Shown piece by piece: positions 17,382 through 26,523 of a stretch of DNA of 64,000 bases. This DNA comes from an uncultured Candidatus Saccharibacteria bacterium (GTDB taxonomy: Bacteria; Patescibacteriota; JABMPQ01; JAQVVF01). The DNA is taken from positions 108,596 to 172,595 of the forward strand of contig CAZNOH010000002.1 in assembly GCA_964574655.1 (NCBI GenBank). The letters run 5' to 3'. Position 1 is the first letter of the stretch. The number at the start of each line of letters is the position of its first letter. Under the pieces are notes generated by a model. That model had not been told where the DNA came from. It saw only the letters and a list, made by a program, of their open reading frames with translations, and made no database searches. A program made the translations under genes and the position numbers.

Positions 17382-17600
17382 ATGCGTACTAGCGATATGT
17401 TTCAAAGATCCATTGACTTAATTCGTGCTCAACTAGAAACAGAAGAAGACCCGAAAGTGATTGAACTTGCTGAAAGACTTATTGTAGGCTTGGAGAGAAA
17501 TAAAAACGCAGTTATTGATTCTGGCATTGATATTGATGAAGAGACTGATCCGATCTTTGCCCAACGCAGGTTTTTAAGAGACAATGGACTAATTACCTAA
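17382..17600 (+). CDS. small acidic hypothetical protein (72 aa)
   Basis: Strong SD gaggaggacaag precedes the ATG. Upstream is TTGACT-N17-TTTAAT, and downstream is the hairpin tctagagcagttatgctcttttttt. Confidence 0.5.
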   Translation: MRTSDMFQRSIDLIRAQLETEEDPKVIELAERLIVGLERNKNAVIDSGIDIDEETDPIFAQRRFLRDNGLIT

Positions 17601-17692
17601 AAATTTGAACATTATCTAGAGCAGTTATGCTCTTTTTTTATTTATCAAAATTTAATATAATAAAAGTAATATAAATTAAATAAGGAGGGGAT

Positions 17693-19933
17693 ATGAAAAA
17701 GATTATTTTTATAATTCTTTTCATTATTTTGGGAGGGTTTTTTATTTGGCCAAATTTTCAAGTTTTCGCCAATTCTTATCACGATGTTGTAATCAACGAA
17801 CTGATGTGGATGGGATCGGCTACCTCGTCTAGTGATGAATGGATAGAATTGAAAAATATGACAGATCAAGATATCGATTTTTCAGTAAACAATTGGACAA
17901 TATATAAAAATGATGTTTTGATGGTGACCCTTAATCAAGGAATTATTAAAGCTAATAGTTATTTCTTAATTTCAAAAAATGATAAAGAAAATTCAATTAT
18001 TAACATCGTCCCAGATTTGAAGGTTGCGTCTTTCAAAAACTCTCTTAATAATTCCGATGTTCAGTATAAACTTTATGATAGCCTGATTAATCTAGAAGAG
18101 AATTTAATAGACATAGCTGATGATGGCACTGGTGCTCCATTAGCAGGTTTAAATGGTGCATTTAAAGTTTCTATGGAAAGAAATTCAGAACCAGAAGATG
18201 GTTCCTTAGCTTCAAATTGGCATAACTCTCAAGAACAGATAAATCTTGATTCAAATTCAACAGACTTCGCAACCCCAAAGGATCAAAATAGTGAGAATAT
18301 GCAAACGCCAACAATTTTTCCAGACCAGATATTTATCAATGAAATATTGCCAAATCCGAAGGATTCAGATGATGCAGAATTTATCGAGCTTTACAATAAT
18401 AATTCATTTGACGTTGATTTAACAAATTGGCAGATAGGCGATAGCACAACTTCGCGTTATGCAATTAAAACTTCTGATTTTGCGGATCCAAAAATTAAAG
18501 CCAAAAGCTATTTTCTTCTGCCAAAATCAATTATTAATATTACTTTAAATAATGATTCTGATTCAGTTAAATTATATCAACCAAATCAGAATTTACTTGA
18601 TCAAATTGATTATTCAGAATGTTTTGAAGGTCAAAGTTATAATAAAGTTAGCGATAATAATTGGCAATGGTCAGAGACTTTAACGCCAAATGCTGTAAAT
18701 ATTATTTCTCAAAGCAATAGCCAAGTTAGCGAGCCCAAATCACCAGAAGCAATTATAGAAATTCCAAAGGGTCCATATTTCAAAAAAATTATAATAACCG
18801 AAATTTTGCCAAATCCAAAAGGTTCTGATAATGAGGCTAAAGGCGAATTTATTGAAATAAAAAACATTGGCTTGAAAACAGTTGACCTTTTTGCCTGGTA
18901 TATTGATGATCAAAAAGATGGTTCAACCCCTTATCAAATCAAAGAGCATTTAAAAATCAAACCACAAAAATATTTAGTTTTTTATAAAGGCAAAACAAAA
19001 TTATCTTTAAATAATTCTAATGAGTCAGTCAGAATTTTATGGCCTGACAAAAAAGTTTTACAGGAAATTAAATTTAAAGAATCAGCAAAAGAAGGACAAT
19101 CATTTAGTCTTAAAGACAATAAATGGTCATGGACTTCTTCTATCACGCCTGGCAGAGATAATATTATAAAATCCGCCTCCGCTAAAGCTCCGGCGGACAA
19201 GCAAGAAAACAAAAAAACAACAAAACAAGAAAACAATGAAACAAATCTTTTTAAAATAAAAGAAGTCAGAGGGCTAAAACGTTACGATTCTTTAAAAACA
19301 TCCGGCATTGTTATTGTTCCTCCAAAAACAATTTCGCAGACTTCTTTTTACATTCAAGACGAAACATCTGGCATTCAAGTTTATTTTTCCAAAAAAGATT
19401 TTCCAGATTTAAAGCTTGGTGACAAAATAGAGGTTAGCGGTAAATTATCAGAAGCCTCAAATGAAAAAAGAATTTTAATTTCAAGTAAAGAAGATATTAA
19501 AATAATTAGCAATAATCAAAGTTTAACTGCAACTCAAATTGAAACTGGCAAAGTCAGCGAAGATTTAGAAGGCAAATTAGTTTTAGCTTCTGGACAAATT
19601 GAAAAATTAGCTGGTTCAACATTGTATATTAATGATGGTTCAGGTACTCTAAAAATTTACATACCTGATTCAAATATTGAAAAGCCGAAACTTAAAAAAG
19701 GCGATTGGGTTACCTATCAAGGCATAATCAGCGAAACTTCCAGCGGTTATCGGCTTTTGCCAAGATTTACAAGCGATATAAAGTCCGGAAAATTTTCATT
19801 TACGCCAGCCCAAGGTTTGACTCAAATTCCAAAAGCCGGATCAAATTTAAATTTATTTTTTTCTCTATTAGTTTTTGCTTCCAGTTTTCTTCTTTTTGCA
19901 ATAAAAAAACCTATCAAAATGATAGGAAATTAA
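17693..19933 (+). CDS. secreted, C-terminally membrane-anchored protein with three lamin-tail-domain (LTD) repeats
   Basis: SD aaggagggg. Signal peptide. Three INE(L/I)...EFIEL.N...DL..W motifs (VVINELMWMG..DEWIELKN; FINEILPNPKDSDDAEFIELYNN; ITEILPNPKGSDNEAKGEFIEIKN). Hydrophobic C-terminal anchor. Confidence 0.6.
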   Translation: MKKIIFIILFIILGGFFIWPNFQVFANSYHDVVINELMWMGSATSSSDEWIELKNMTDQDIDFSVNNWTIYKNDVLMVTLNQGIIKANSYFLISKNDKENSIINIVPDLKVASFKNSLNNSDVQYKLYDSLINLEENLIDIADDGTGAPLAGLNGAFKVSMERNSEPEDGSLASNWHNSQEQINLDSNSTDFATPKDQNSENMQTPTIFPDQIFINEILPNPKDSDDAEFIELYNNNSFDVDLTNWQIGDSTTSRYAIKTSDFADPKIKAKSYFLLPKSIINITLNNDSDSVKLYQPNQNLLDQIDYSECFEGQSYNKVSDNNWQWSETLTPNAVNIISQSNSQVSEPKSPEAIIEIPKGPYFKKIIITEILPNPKGSDNEAKGEFIEIKNIGLKTVDLFAWYIDDQKDGSTPYQIKEHLKIKPQKYLVFYKGKTKLSLNNSNESVRILWPDKKVLQEIKFKESAKEGQSFSLKDNKWSWTSSITPGRDNIIKSASAKAPADKQENKKTTKQENNETNLFKIKEVRGLKRYDSLKTSGIVIVPPKTISQTSFYIQDETSGIQVYFSKKDFPDLKLGDKIEVSGKLSEASNEKRILISSKEDIKIISNNQSLTATQIETGKVSEDLEGKLVLASGQIEKLAGSTLYINDGSGTLKIYIPDSNIEKPKLKKGDWVTYQGIISETSSGYRLLPRFTSDIKSGKFSFTPAQGLTQIPKAGSNLNLFFSLLVFASSFLLFAIKKPIKMIGN

Positions 19934-20202
19934 GGAGCTGGTCTTAAAAAACAATCGGCAAATCTTCCAGTAGCTTCAGATGATAGTTTCGCGCGAACAA
20001 TAAAAGTATTTTTAAAATGGAGGAGACAATCTGAATCATGATGACGATCGCAATAAGTGTCGCACGTGCACCATACATCACGTTCTTTTACAGAAGTTAC
20101 TTCGAATGGTCCGATTCCAAACTCTTGAACAATTTTTCTAGTCTTTGGACAATCAATAACAGTTACTCTTTCTCCAACCGTAAACACATGTTTTTCTGCC
20201 AT
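19930..20202 (-). CDS. small Cys-rich hypothetical protein, paralog of 20233-20544
   Basis: MAEKHVFTVGERVTV..GIGPFEVTSVKERDV..CTCDTYCDRHHDSDC. SD aaggagga. Elevated GC. Confidence 0.5.
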   Translation of the reverse strand: MAEKHVFTVGERVTVIDCPKTRKIVQEFGIGPFEVTSVKERDVWCTCDTYCDRHHDSDCLLHFKNTFIVRAKLSSEATGRFADCFLRPAP

Positions 20203-20232
20203 CTCTTCCTCCTTGTCCGTCGGATAACAGAA

Positions 20233-20544
20233 CTAAGGTACTAGTTCAAAATAAACACCATGCAATCCAATTCTTTCTTCGGTTTGCTCTTCTCCTGTTG
20301 AGATAATCGCTACAGATTGAGGATGGCCATAATATTCTACTCGATAGATTCCGCAACTTCTTGGATGTTTGTTTTTGATTGTTCCGCAATCACATTGAGT
20401 TGGAACATCTTTGACATCCACTACTTCGAATGGACCATCGCCATACTTTAGTCGAAATTTCAGTACCTTCATCGAAAGTTGACGGTCAGGAGCTGAAGTC
20501 CAGTTGACCTTTTCACCAATAGCGAATAAATGCTGTTCTGACAT
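20233..20544 (-). CDS. small Cys-rich hypothetical protein, paralog of 19930-20202
   Basis: MSEQHLFAIGEKVNW..GDGPFEVVDVKDVPTQCDCGT...HPRSCG. SD aggaggagg. Elevated GC. Confidence 0.5.
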   Translation of the reverse strand: MSEQHLFAIGEKVNWTSAPDRQLSMKVLKFRLKYGDGPFEVVDVKDVPTQCDCGTIKNKHPRSCGIYRVEYYGHPQSVAIISTGEEQTEERIGLHGVYFELVP

Positions 20545-20581
20545 TTTGTCCTCCTCCTGTTCTTGCCATCAACAACAACTC

Positions 20582-20610
20582 ATTTTATCTCAAAATAATT
20601 AATTTGTCAA
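20582..20610 (-). promoter_or_regulatory. near-consensus sigma70 promoter (TTGACA-N17-TAAAAT) for the paralog pair
   Basis: The reverse complement reads ttgacaaattaattattttgagataaaat, about 35 nt upstream of the SD/ATG at 20544. Confidence 0.5.
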
Positions 20611-20612
20611 TT

Positions 20613-20744
20613 ATGCCAAAAGAATTAGAACAAAAATTGAAAAAACAAGCTAATAAAAAAGGTTTTAAAGGCAAAAGAGCTAACGCTTATATTTTTGGAA
20701 CATTAAGAAAAACTGGCTGGACACCAAAAAGAAAAAAGAAATAA
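20613..20744 (+). CDS. unannotated small basic protein (43 aa)
   Basis: atgccaaaagaattagaa... translates to MPKELEQKLKKQANKKGFKGKRANAYIFGTLRKTGWTPKRKKK*. It is below the ORF-track length cutoff. Confidence 0.4.
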   Translation: MPKELEQKLKKQANKKGFKGKRANAYIFGTLRKTGWTPKRKKK

Positions 20745-20808
20745 TTGACAAAAACTTTTTTTAGCACTATATTAATCAATCAGCACTTTCAAAAACAAGG
20801 AGGGGAGA

Positions 20809-21204
20809 ATGAGCAGAAAAGTAGAAATATTTTTTGTTTCGTTTATTTTTTTGTTAGCAATTGCTTATGTATCTGGCATTATTTTCAAGCTAAACTATCT
20901 ATTAGCTTTAGCTAACTCTGCGCCTACGCCACAACAAACATTAGCATTTCTTGCAATGCTATTTTTAGGGTTTTTGGTTGGCTATGTCGTCATTACCGTG
21001 TTTGTTAATGTTTTTTTGAAAAAATGTGATTGTTGTCGTGGTCGCGGACTTGTAAAAAAAGTCATCTTTGCAGGTCATCATGCAGATGTGAAAACAAAAG
21101 AATACGAGTTTTGCTTTAGATGTCGCATCCAAGAATCATGGAAAAAGCACGAGGAACTTATTCATATGAAAGATTATTCGATCATTCATATTTCTTTGAT
21201 CTAA
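20809..21204 (+). CDS. membrane protein (2 TM) with a C-terminal Cys cluster (CDCCRGRG...CFRCR)
   Basis: SD aaggagggg. Two hydrophobic helices followed by a CxCC...CxxC tail. Confidence 0.5.
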   Translation: MSRKVEIFFVSFIFLLAIAYVSGIIFKLNYLLALANSAPTPQQTLAFLAMLFLGFLVGYVVITVFVNVFLKKCDCCRGRGLVKKVIFAGHHADVKTKEYEFCFRCRIQESWKKHEELIHMKDYSIIHISLI

Positions 21205-21324
21205 CCCAATTTTGTTGGGTTTTTTTATTTTTCAATGATTTATCCACTTTTAAAAATCATAATTTTATGCTATACTATAAGTAAGAAGATAATTTAATTA
21301 TTTATAATTTTTAATTTTACATTT

Positions 21325-22479
21325 ATGCCGGATCAATTCAAAGAGATTAGCCATCAAGGCTATGGATCAAGAATTATGGGATCGTTTGCTGGAATACTTG
21401 TTGGAATCGTTCTGTTCTTTGCCTCTTTTGTTGTGCTCTATTGGAATGAAAGCAGAGTTGATATGTCTCAAATTGCGAAAACATCAGTTGAAGTTCAATC
21501 TAGCAAAGTTGATGCAAGCTTAGATCAAAAATTGATTTCAGTTACTGGTCCGATAACATCAACAGAAAAATTAAGTGACAACTTATTTTTAAGTGAATCA
21601 GACTATATTGCAATTTATCGTAAATCAGAAATGTTTGCTTGGGAGGAAAAAACTGACACTGATACAACAACGCAAACAGGCGGCAGTCAGACAACTGAAA
21701 CAACTTATACTTATGATACTGCTTGGACTTCAAGTCCAGAAAAATCTTCTAGCTTCAAACAGCCAGAAGGCCATGAAAATCCAAATCAATCTATTACAAG
21801 CGAAACTTTCAAGGCCAATGACGCCAAGATTGATCAATACAAATTAGATATGGCGAATTTAAAACTCGATACAAGCTTATTAGTCGGTGCAGAAAAATTA
21901 CAATTAGATTCAGAAAATACTATTTTGACACCTGCTGACAAAATAGTAGAGAATTACTATGTTTATCAAGGAGCAGGAAATATTGCTAACCCTCAAGTTG
22001 GCGACCAAAAAATAAGCTATTATGTTTTACCGCAAAAAGAAATAATTACAGTTTTTGGAAAATTAAGCAGTGGAAAAATTACAACATATTCTGACGAAAA
22101 AAATAATACCTTATTTAGAGTTTTCTTAGGCGATCGAGCATCTGCAATCTCCACAATGCAAACAGAATATACAATCATGACTTGGATTCTTAGACTTGTT
22201 GGATTTCTAATGATGTGGATTGGTCTATCAGCAATGTTTGGTCCAATCAGTGTTGTTCTAGATTTCTTGCCATTCTTAGGCTCTGCTAGTCGTGCAGTTA
22301 TTGGTTTTATTACGTTCATTGTTGCTTTAGCTTTGTCAGTTTTAACGATTTTGATCTCAATGGTAATTCAAAATATAATTGCCTTAATTATAATTTTAGC
22401 TTTGATAATAGTAACTGCTATAATTATTGCAGTAATTTTTATGAAAAAGAAGAAGGGTGCAAAAAAAGCTACGGCTTAA
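21325..22479 (+). CDS. membrane protein: N-terminal TM, an ~230-aa extracellular region, then a C-terminal 4-TM bundle
   Basis: Hydrophobicity pattern only. No confident family assignment. Confidence 0.5.
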   Translation: MPDQFKEISHQGYGSRIMGSFAGILVGIVLFFASFVVLYWNESRVDMSQIAKTSVEVQSSKVDASLDQKLISVTGPITSTEKLSDNLFLSESDYIAIYRKSEMFAWEEKTDTDTTTQTGGSQTTETTYTYDTAWTSSPEKSSSFKQPEGHENPNQSITSETFKANDAKIDQYKLDMANLKLDTSLLVGAEKLQLDSENTILTPADKIVENYYVYQGAGNIANPQVGDQKISYYVLPQKEIITVFGKLSSGKITTYSDEKNNTLFRVFLGDRASAISTMQTEYTIMTWILRLVGFLMMWIGLSAMFGPISVVLDFLPFLGSASRAVIGFITFIVALALSVLTILISMVIQNIIALIIILALIIVTAIIIAVIFMKKKKGAKKATA

Positions 22480-22508
22480 TAGTTAATAATTAAAATTTAA
22501 TAAATTTA

Positions 22509-22532
22509 AAAACGACCAGAAATGGTCGTTTT
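22509..22532 (+). terminator. intrinsic terminator aaaacgaccagaaatggtcgtttt
   Basis: Stem cgacca/tggtcg plus T-run. Confidence 0.6.
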
Positions 22533-22567
22533 GATTTAAATTACCTGGATTAAAGAGGTTGGAATAA

Positions 22568-22645
22568 AGAGGTCCGACCTCTCACTAGAGGTCGGACCTC
22601 TTCAGACCTTAACAATAAAAAAATCCGTCAAAAACGGATTACAAA
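22568..22645. terminator. two hairpins: a 15-bp perfect palindrome (gaggtccgacctct-cacta-gaggtcggacctct), then atccgt...acggat with a T-run on the minus strand (terminator of 22665-22889)
   Basis: Read directly. Confidence 0.55.
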
Positions 22646-22664
22646 GTACAAAAATAAATAATAT

Positions 22665-22889
22665 TTAACAGCTTTTGCTGTGAATGAGAGCAGGATCGAA
22701 GCTGATTTCATCCTGATGGACGTCGGGATTGATTTCGCCGTTTGCCAATCTCACTCGATAATGCATCTCACGTTGTCCATCTTGCCAATCACCAACAATT
22801 GAAACTACATGCCCAGCAAACAATCCAACTCGACAGTTTGTCAATTCAGGATCATGAATCTGATGTATTCCATGTCCTTGTTCGCGCAT
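22665..22889 (-). CDS. small hypothetical protein (74 aa) with its own promoter and terminator
   Basis: SD aaaaggagcg precedes the ATG. Elevated GC. No recognisable motif. Confidence 0.5.
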   Translation of the reverse strand: MREQGHGIHQIHDPELTNCRVGLFAGHVVSIVGDWQDGQREMHYRVRLANGEINPDVHQDEISFDPALIHSKSC

Positions 22890-22939
22890 TTTACGCTCCT
22901 TTTTTCCTCGGGTGCTGTCTGGTTCGCTACCTTGCAGAG

Positions 22940-22967
22940 ATTATAACACTAAATTTATAGAAGTCAA
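22940..22967 (-). promoter_or_regulatory. near-consensus sigma70 promoter (TTGACT-N16-TATAAT)
   Basis: The reverse complement reads ttgacttctataaatttagtgttataat. It sits at the very 3' end of the GH18 gene. Confidence 0.55.
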
Positions 22968-22969
22968 GT

Positions 22970-25567
22970 CTATTTCTTTTGCCTCAGATCAACCACTCCC
23001 GCTCTGTTATTAACATTTTTTGCAACGTCTGGTTCTGTTCTTGTATGTTCTTTTTTTACAGTTTCTTTAACTCTTTTGCCAATCTCTCTTTTCAATCCAG
23101 AGAATATAAAAATATTAATAATTACAATGCTGAACATCACCAGATAAGGCACTGCTTCAGTTGAAATCAACCTTTTGCCAAAAATCATGCCAGCTGCTTT
23201 CAATTTTTCTTGAGATTTATTTAAACTATCATTAATTCTTTGCCACAGGCTATTTGCTTTTGGCGTTACCTCAACTTCCTTAGTTCTGGCGCTTTCATTA
23301 CCGCTTAAATCAATTGCTGAAATTGATACAAAATAGTGATAATTATTTTCCAAATTTTCTAATATATAAATATTTTTTTCAGGTTTTATTTCGATTGCTT
23401 TATAAAAACTTTTTTCTTGCTTATAATATAATTTATAATATGCTAAATCTTTTTCGCTATTTTTATTCCAGCTTGCTTCGATTTTAGAATCGCCAGCTAA
23501 TAATACAGGCGCGCTTGGAATTTTGGGAGGAATCGTATCAATCGTATTAGCCGAAATTATATTTGAAATTAATGATGGATTTTTTTCTTCATCCAATGTT
23601 TTAACAGCAATAAAATACTTAGTTCCAGGAGTTAAAGTTTTTAGTTGTATTTCTTGTAATGATGGGGGAATTAGCAATTCAGGATAAGCCTTGTATTGAG
23701 TAGCTTGATAAAAATTATTTTCATTAATTAAACTTTCAGAATATCTAATGTCATAATAGCTTGCCAAGCCTTGATCAAAATCATCGCCAGACGCTGTCCA
23801 CTCTAAATTAATCGTTGTATCTGTTGGGTTGAAAGCTTTTAGATCTTTAATTGTGTTAGGAAATGCTAAATCAGTCGGTGTTGTCACAACTTGCGGTTCA
23901 AGATTATCTTCATCAATATCATCATTCAACAAAGCATCCCAAGTTAGAGGCAAAATTGAAATATAATATTCTTCATTATTTTCCAAATTTGGAATCAAAA
24001 TTTCAGTTTCTCTGAAAACACTCAAGAATCTTTGTTCACCGCCTTGTTTCTTGAACAAAATTTTATAACCTTTAAAATTTTTGTTGATCGGACTTTCCCA
24101 TGACAATTTTATTTCGGAATCAAGTGGCTCCACTTTAATATTATAAACCGAATCAACTTCTAAGCGTTTTATATTTTTTAATGGATTAAAATTTCCTTGA
24201 TCTTCATTTCCAAGTCGCCAAATAGCTATTCCTGCAATTCCTAATTTTTTAATGACATTAATTTTTTCAGTAATGCTTCTTTCATTTTCAAAATAAACAG
24301 TATGTGGATTTCCTTTATCATCTTTATAATAGAACCAAGGACATTTTGCTTCATCATCCCATTCAACTTCAATATTATTTTCATCAATTATATTTTTTAC
24401 GCCATCATAAACCAAGCCTCTATTTTCGCACATTCCTTCAGTGCACCAGTCATAAGCATAAAAAGGCAAACCAGCAATTACTTTTAACGGATCAACTTTG
24501 CTTTGAGCATAAGTCAAAGCTTTTACCATCCATTTTATTGGCGCAATTGGACCAGGCTGGGTGTTTGTTCTTGAATGATCATAAGTCATTATCCTAATTT
24601 GATCAGCAACCTCGCCTAATTTTTCAAAATCATAGGCTTGTAACCAAGATTCATCATCAGATTGTTTCGCTTGAAGCGTTACCGACAAGATTTTATCAAT
24701 TTGGTGTATTTCCTTGCCTAGTACTTTAATATATTGGCTAAAATCTTCTCTTGCTTTTGCATCCAAATTTTCAAAATCAATATCAATGCCGTCATAATCA
24801 TTTTCTTTAATTTCCGAAATTATCATGTCAATATTTTTTTTTCTCTTTCGCCAATCCATTACAACAGCAGTTCCTTTTGAGTTATCGTCAAAATTATTTG
24901 TAATTGTTGGAATATTTTTTTTATCCGAATTTTTCAATTTCTCCTTCATTTCCTCATCAAAAATATCGCCATGTTTTTTTATTGTGCCATCAGGTTCAAG
25001 GGAATAAATAAAAGGTGATAAACCGGTAAAAACATCAAAATTATTATTCACAGTGTTTTTTTGATCAGGCACATCAATCATAGGCATCCAGCCAATGACT
25101 TGAAACCCATTGCTGTCTGATGAGTTTGGCGCAATGCCTATTTCTTTTGTTGCTTTGCTTTTATTTCCAGCCTTGTCTTGTGCTTGGATGCTGACAAAGT
25201 AAAATGCGCTCGCCAAATCTTTGATTTGATATGAAAAAACATTATTAGCTACGAAAATAGGATCGCTATCTTCCTTTTCCACCGAAGTCCGCAGATTAAT
25301 TAAATATTTATCAACCTCATCTTCTTTGACACTTACTTTCCAATTTAATTCCAAAGCATTATCTAAAGCCTTTACATTAAAGCCTTGAGGAATATGAGGT
25401 GGGTTAGTGTCATCCTTATCTTTAAGTTGCGTATCAGAAGTATTAGTGCTCGTATTTGTGTCATTAGTGTTTGCATTAGTGTGTAACACAAATAACACCT
25501 GAAATATAATTAGGACTAATACAAAACTGCAGATTATTTTTTTGTTTTTTAGTTTTTTCATCTGCAC
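22970..25567 (-). CDS. surface protein with a GH18-like (chitinase-fold) domain and fibronectin-III-like repeats, C-terminal TM anchor
   Basis: Signal peptide. YDGIDIDFENL (the DGxDxDxE catalytic motif with W replaced by F) and IRIMTYDHS (the MxYD motif). Repeated about 90-aa segments of the Fn3 type (LEWTASGDD, ASWNKNSEKD). Confidence 0.55.
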   Translation of the reverse strand: MQMKKLKNKKIICSFVLVLIIFQVLFVLHTNANTNDTNTSTNTSDTQLKDKDDTNPPHIPQGFNVKALDNALELNWKVSVKEDEVDKYLINLRTSVEKEDSDPIFVANNVFSYQIKDLASAFYFVSIQAQDKAGNKSKATKEIGIAPNSSDSNGFQVIGWMPMIDVPDQKNTVNNNFDVFTGLSPFIYSLEPDGTIKKHGDIFDEEMKEKLKNSDKKNIPTITNNFDDNSKGTAVVMDWRKRKKNIDMIISEIKENDYDGIDIDFENLDAKAREDFSQYIKVLGKEIHQIDKILSVTLQAKQSDDESWLQAYDFEKLGEVADQIRIMTYDHSRTNTQPGPIAPIKWMVKALTYAQSKVDPLKVIAGLPFYAYDWCTEGMCENRGLVYDGVKNIIDENNIEVEWDDEAKCPWFYYKDDKGNPHTVYFENERSITEKINVIKKLGIAGIAIWRLGNEDQGNFNPLKNIKRLEVDSVYNIKVEPLDSEIKLSWESPINKNFKGYKILFKKQGGEQRFLSVFRETEILIPNLENNEEYYISILPLTWDALLNDDIDEDNLEPQVVTTPTDLAFPNTIKDLKAFNPTDTTINLEWTASGDDFDQGLASYYDIRYSESLINENNFYQATQYKAYPELLIPPSLQEIQLKTLTPGTKYFIAVKTLDEEKNPSLISNIISANTIDTIPPKIPSAPVLLAGDSKIEASWNKNSEKDLAYYKLYYKQEKSFYKAIEIKPEKNIYILENLENNYHYFVSISAIDLSGNESARTKEVEVTPKANSLWQRINDSLNKSQEKLKAAGMIFGKRLISTEAVPYLVMFSIVIINIFIFSGLKREIGKRVKETVKKEHTRTEPDVAKNVNNRAGVVDLRQKK

Positions 25568-25746
25568 TAATAATATAGCATATTTACAGTTGTTTAGAAA
25601 TTGGTTATTAGAAATTTAATAGACATTAGGAATTGGTAATTAGAAATTCGTAGCGAAGTTATCAACCATTCATAATTGTCCATTTAAACAATTTTTGCTA
25701 TAATATAATAAACGAAAGAAAATCTTAAAACAAAAGACAATTAATC

Positions 25747-26523
25747 ATGAAAAATTTCAAGCCGTTAGGGGATATTTTTCGCTCAACCTGGAATCAGTTT
25801 GAGAAAAATTGGGGTAATTATGTCGGCATATCAGCAATCTTTACAGTTGCTCAGTTTGTCGTTATTTTTGTTATTGTTTTCTCAATAATATTTTTACAAT
25901 TTGCAGGATTATTGGGCAGTATTCCGTTAATGATTAATCAAGATTCAACAACAGCTGGAATCGGTGGATTGTTGATGATTACAGTTATTGTCACCACATC
26001 ATTACTTTTATTTATAATTATTTTTGGCCTTAGTTTTCTTATCAATGCTTGGTTAATGAGTTCCTTAATTACGATTATTGCAAAAAAGCAGGAAGGTAAT
26101 TTAGATTTTATTCAATTCATCAAATCCTGCTGGCCAAAAGTTTGGAAGGTTTTTGGTGCATTAATTTTAATGGGATTAATAATTTTTGCAGGCTTTATCT
26201 GCTTTATTATTCCTGGAATAATATTTGGATTATGGCTTTCTCAAGTTTTATTCCTAATCATTTTAGAAGACTTGTCTATTGGCGAGGCTTTCAAAAAATC
26301 AAAAGAATTAGTCAAAGGCTATATGGGCACTGTTTTTCTGTATAATTTTGTTTTTATCATTGTCTTAGAAGTTGGAATGATGGCTGTTAATATTATTCCT
26401 TTTCTAGGAACTTTAGCTATGCCTTTCTTGAGTATCGTTGCAACTCCGTTAATTGTAATTTTTCAATATCAAATATTTTTAGAACTTAAAAAAACTAAAC
26501 ATGCCACAAACGCCTCAAATTGA
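25747..26523 (+). CDS. polytopic membrane protein (about 6 TM), hypothetical
   Basis: Hydrophobicity only. Confidence 0.5.
   Translation: MKNFKPLGDIFRSTWNQFEKNWGNYVGISAIFTVAQFVVIFVIVFSIIFLQFAGLLGSIPLMINQDSTTAGIGGLLMITVIVTTSLLLFIIIFGLSFLINAWLMSSLITIIAKKQEGNLDFIQFIKSCWPKVWKVFGALILMGLIIFAGFICFIIPGIIFGLWLSQVLFLIILEDLSIGEAFKKSKELVKGYMGTVFLYNFVFIIVLEVGMMAVNIIPFLGTLAMPFLSIVATPLIVIFQYQIFLELKKTKHATNASN

Noticed and set aside
25570-25746. Possible palindromic element between the GH18 gene and 25747.
   Set aside because: It contains word repeats (ttagaaattggttattagaaattt / aggaattggtaattagaaatt), but they are direct rather than inverted. It is better explained as a divergent promoter region; TTTAAA...TGcTATAAT is present.
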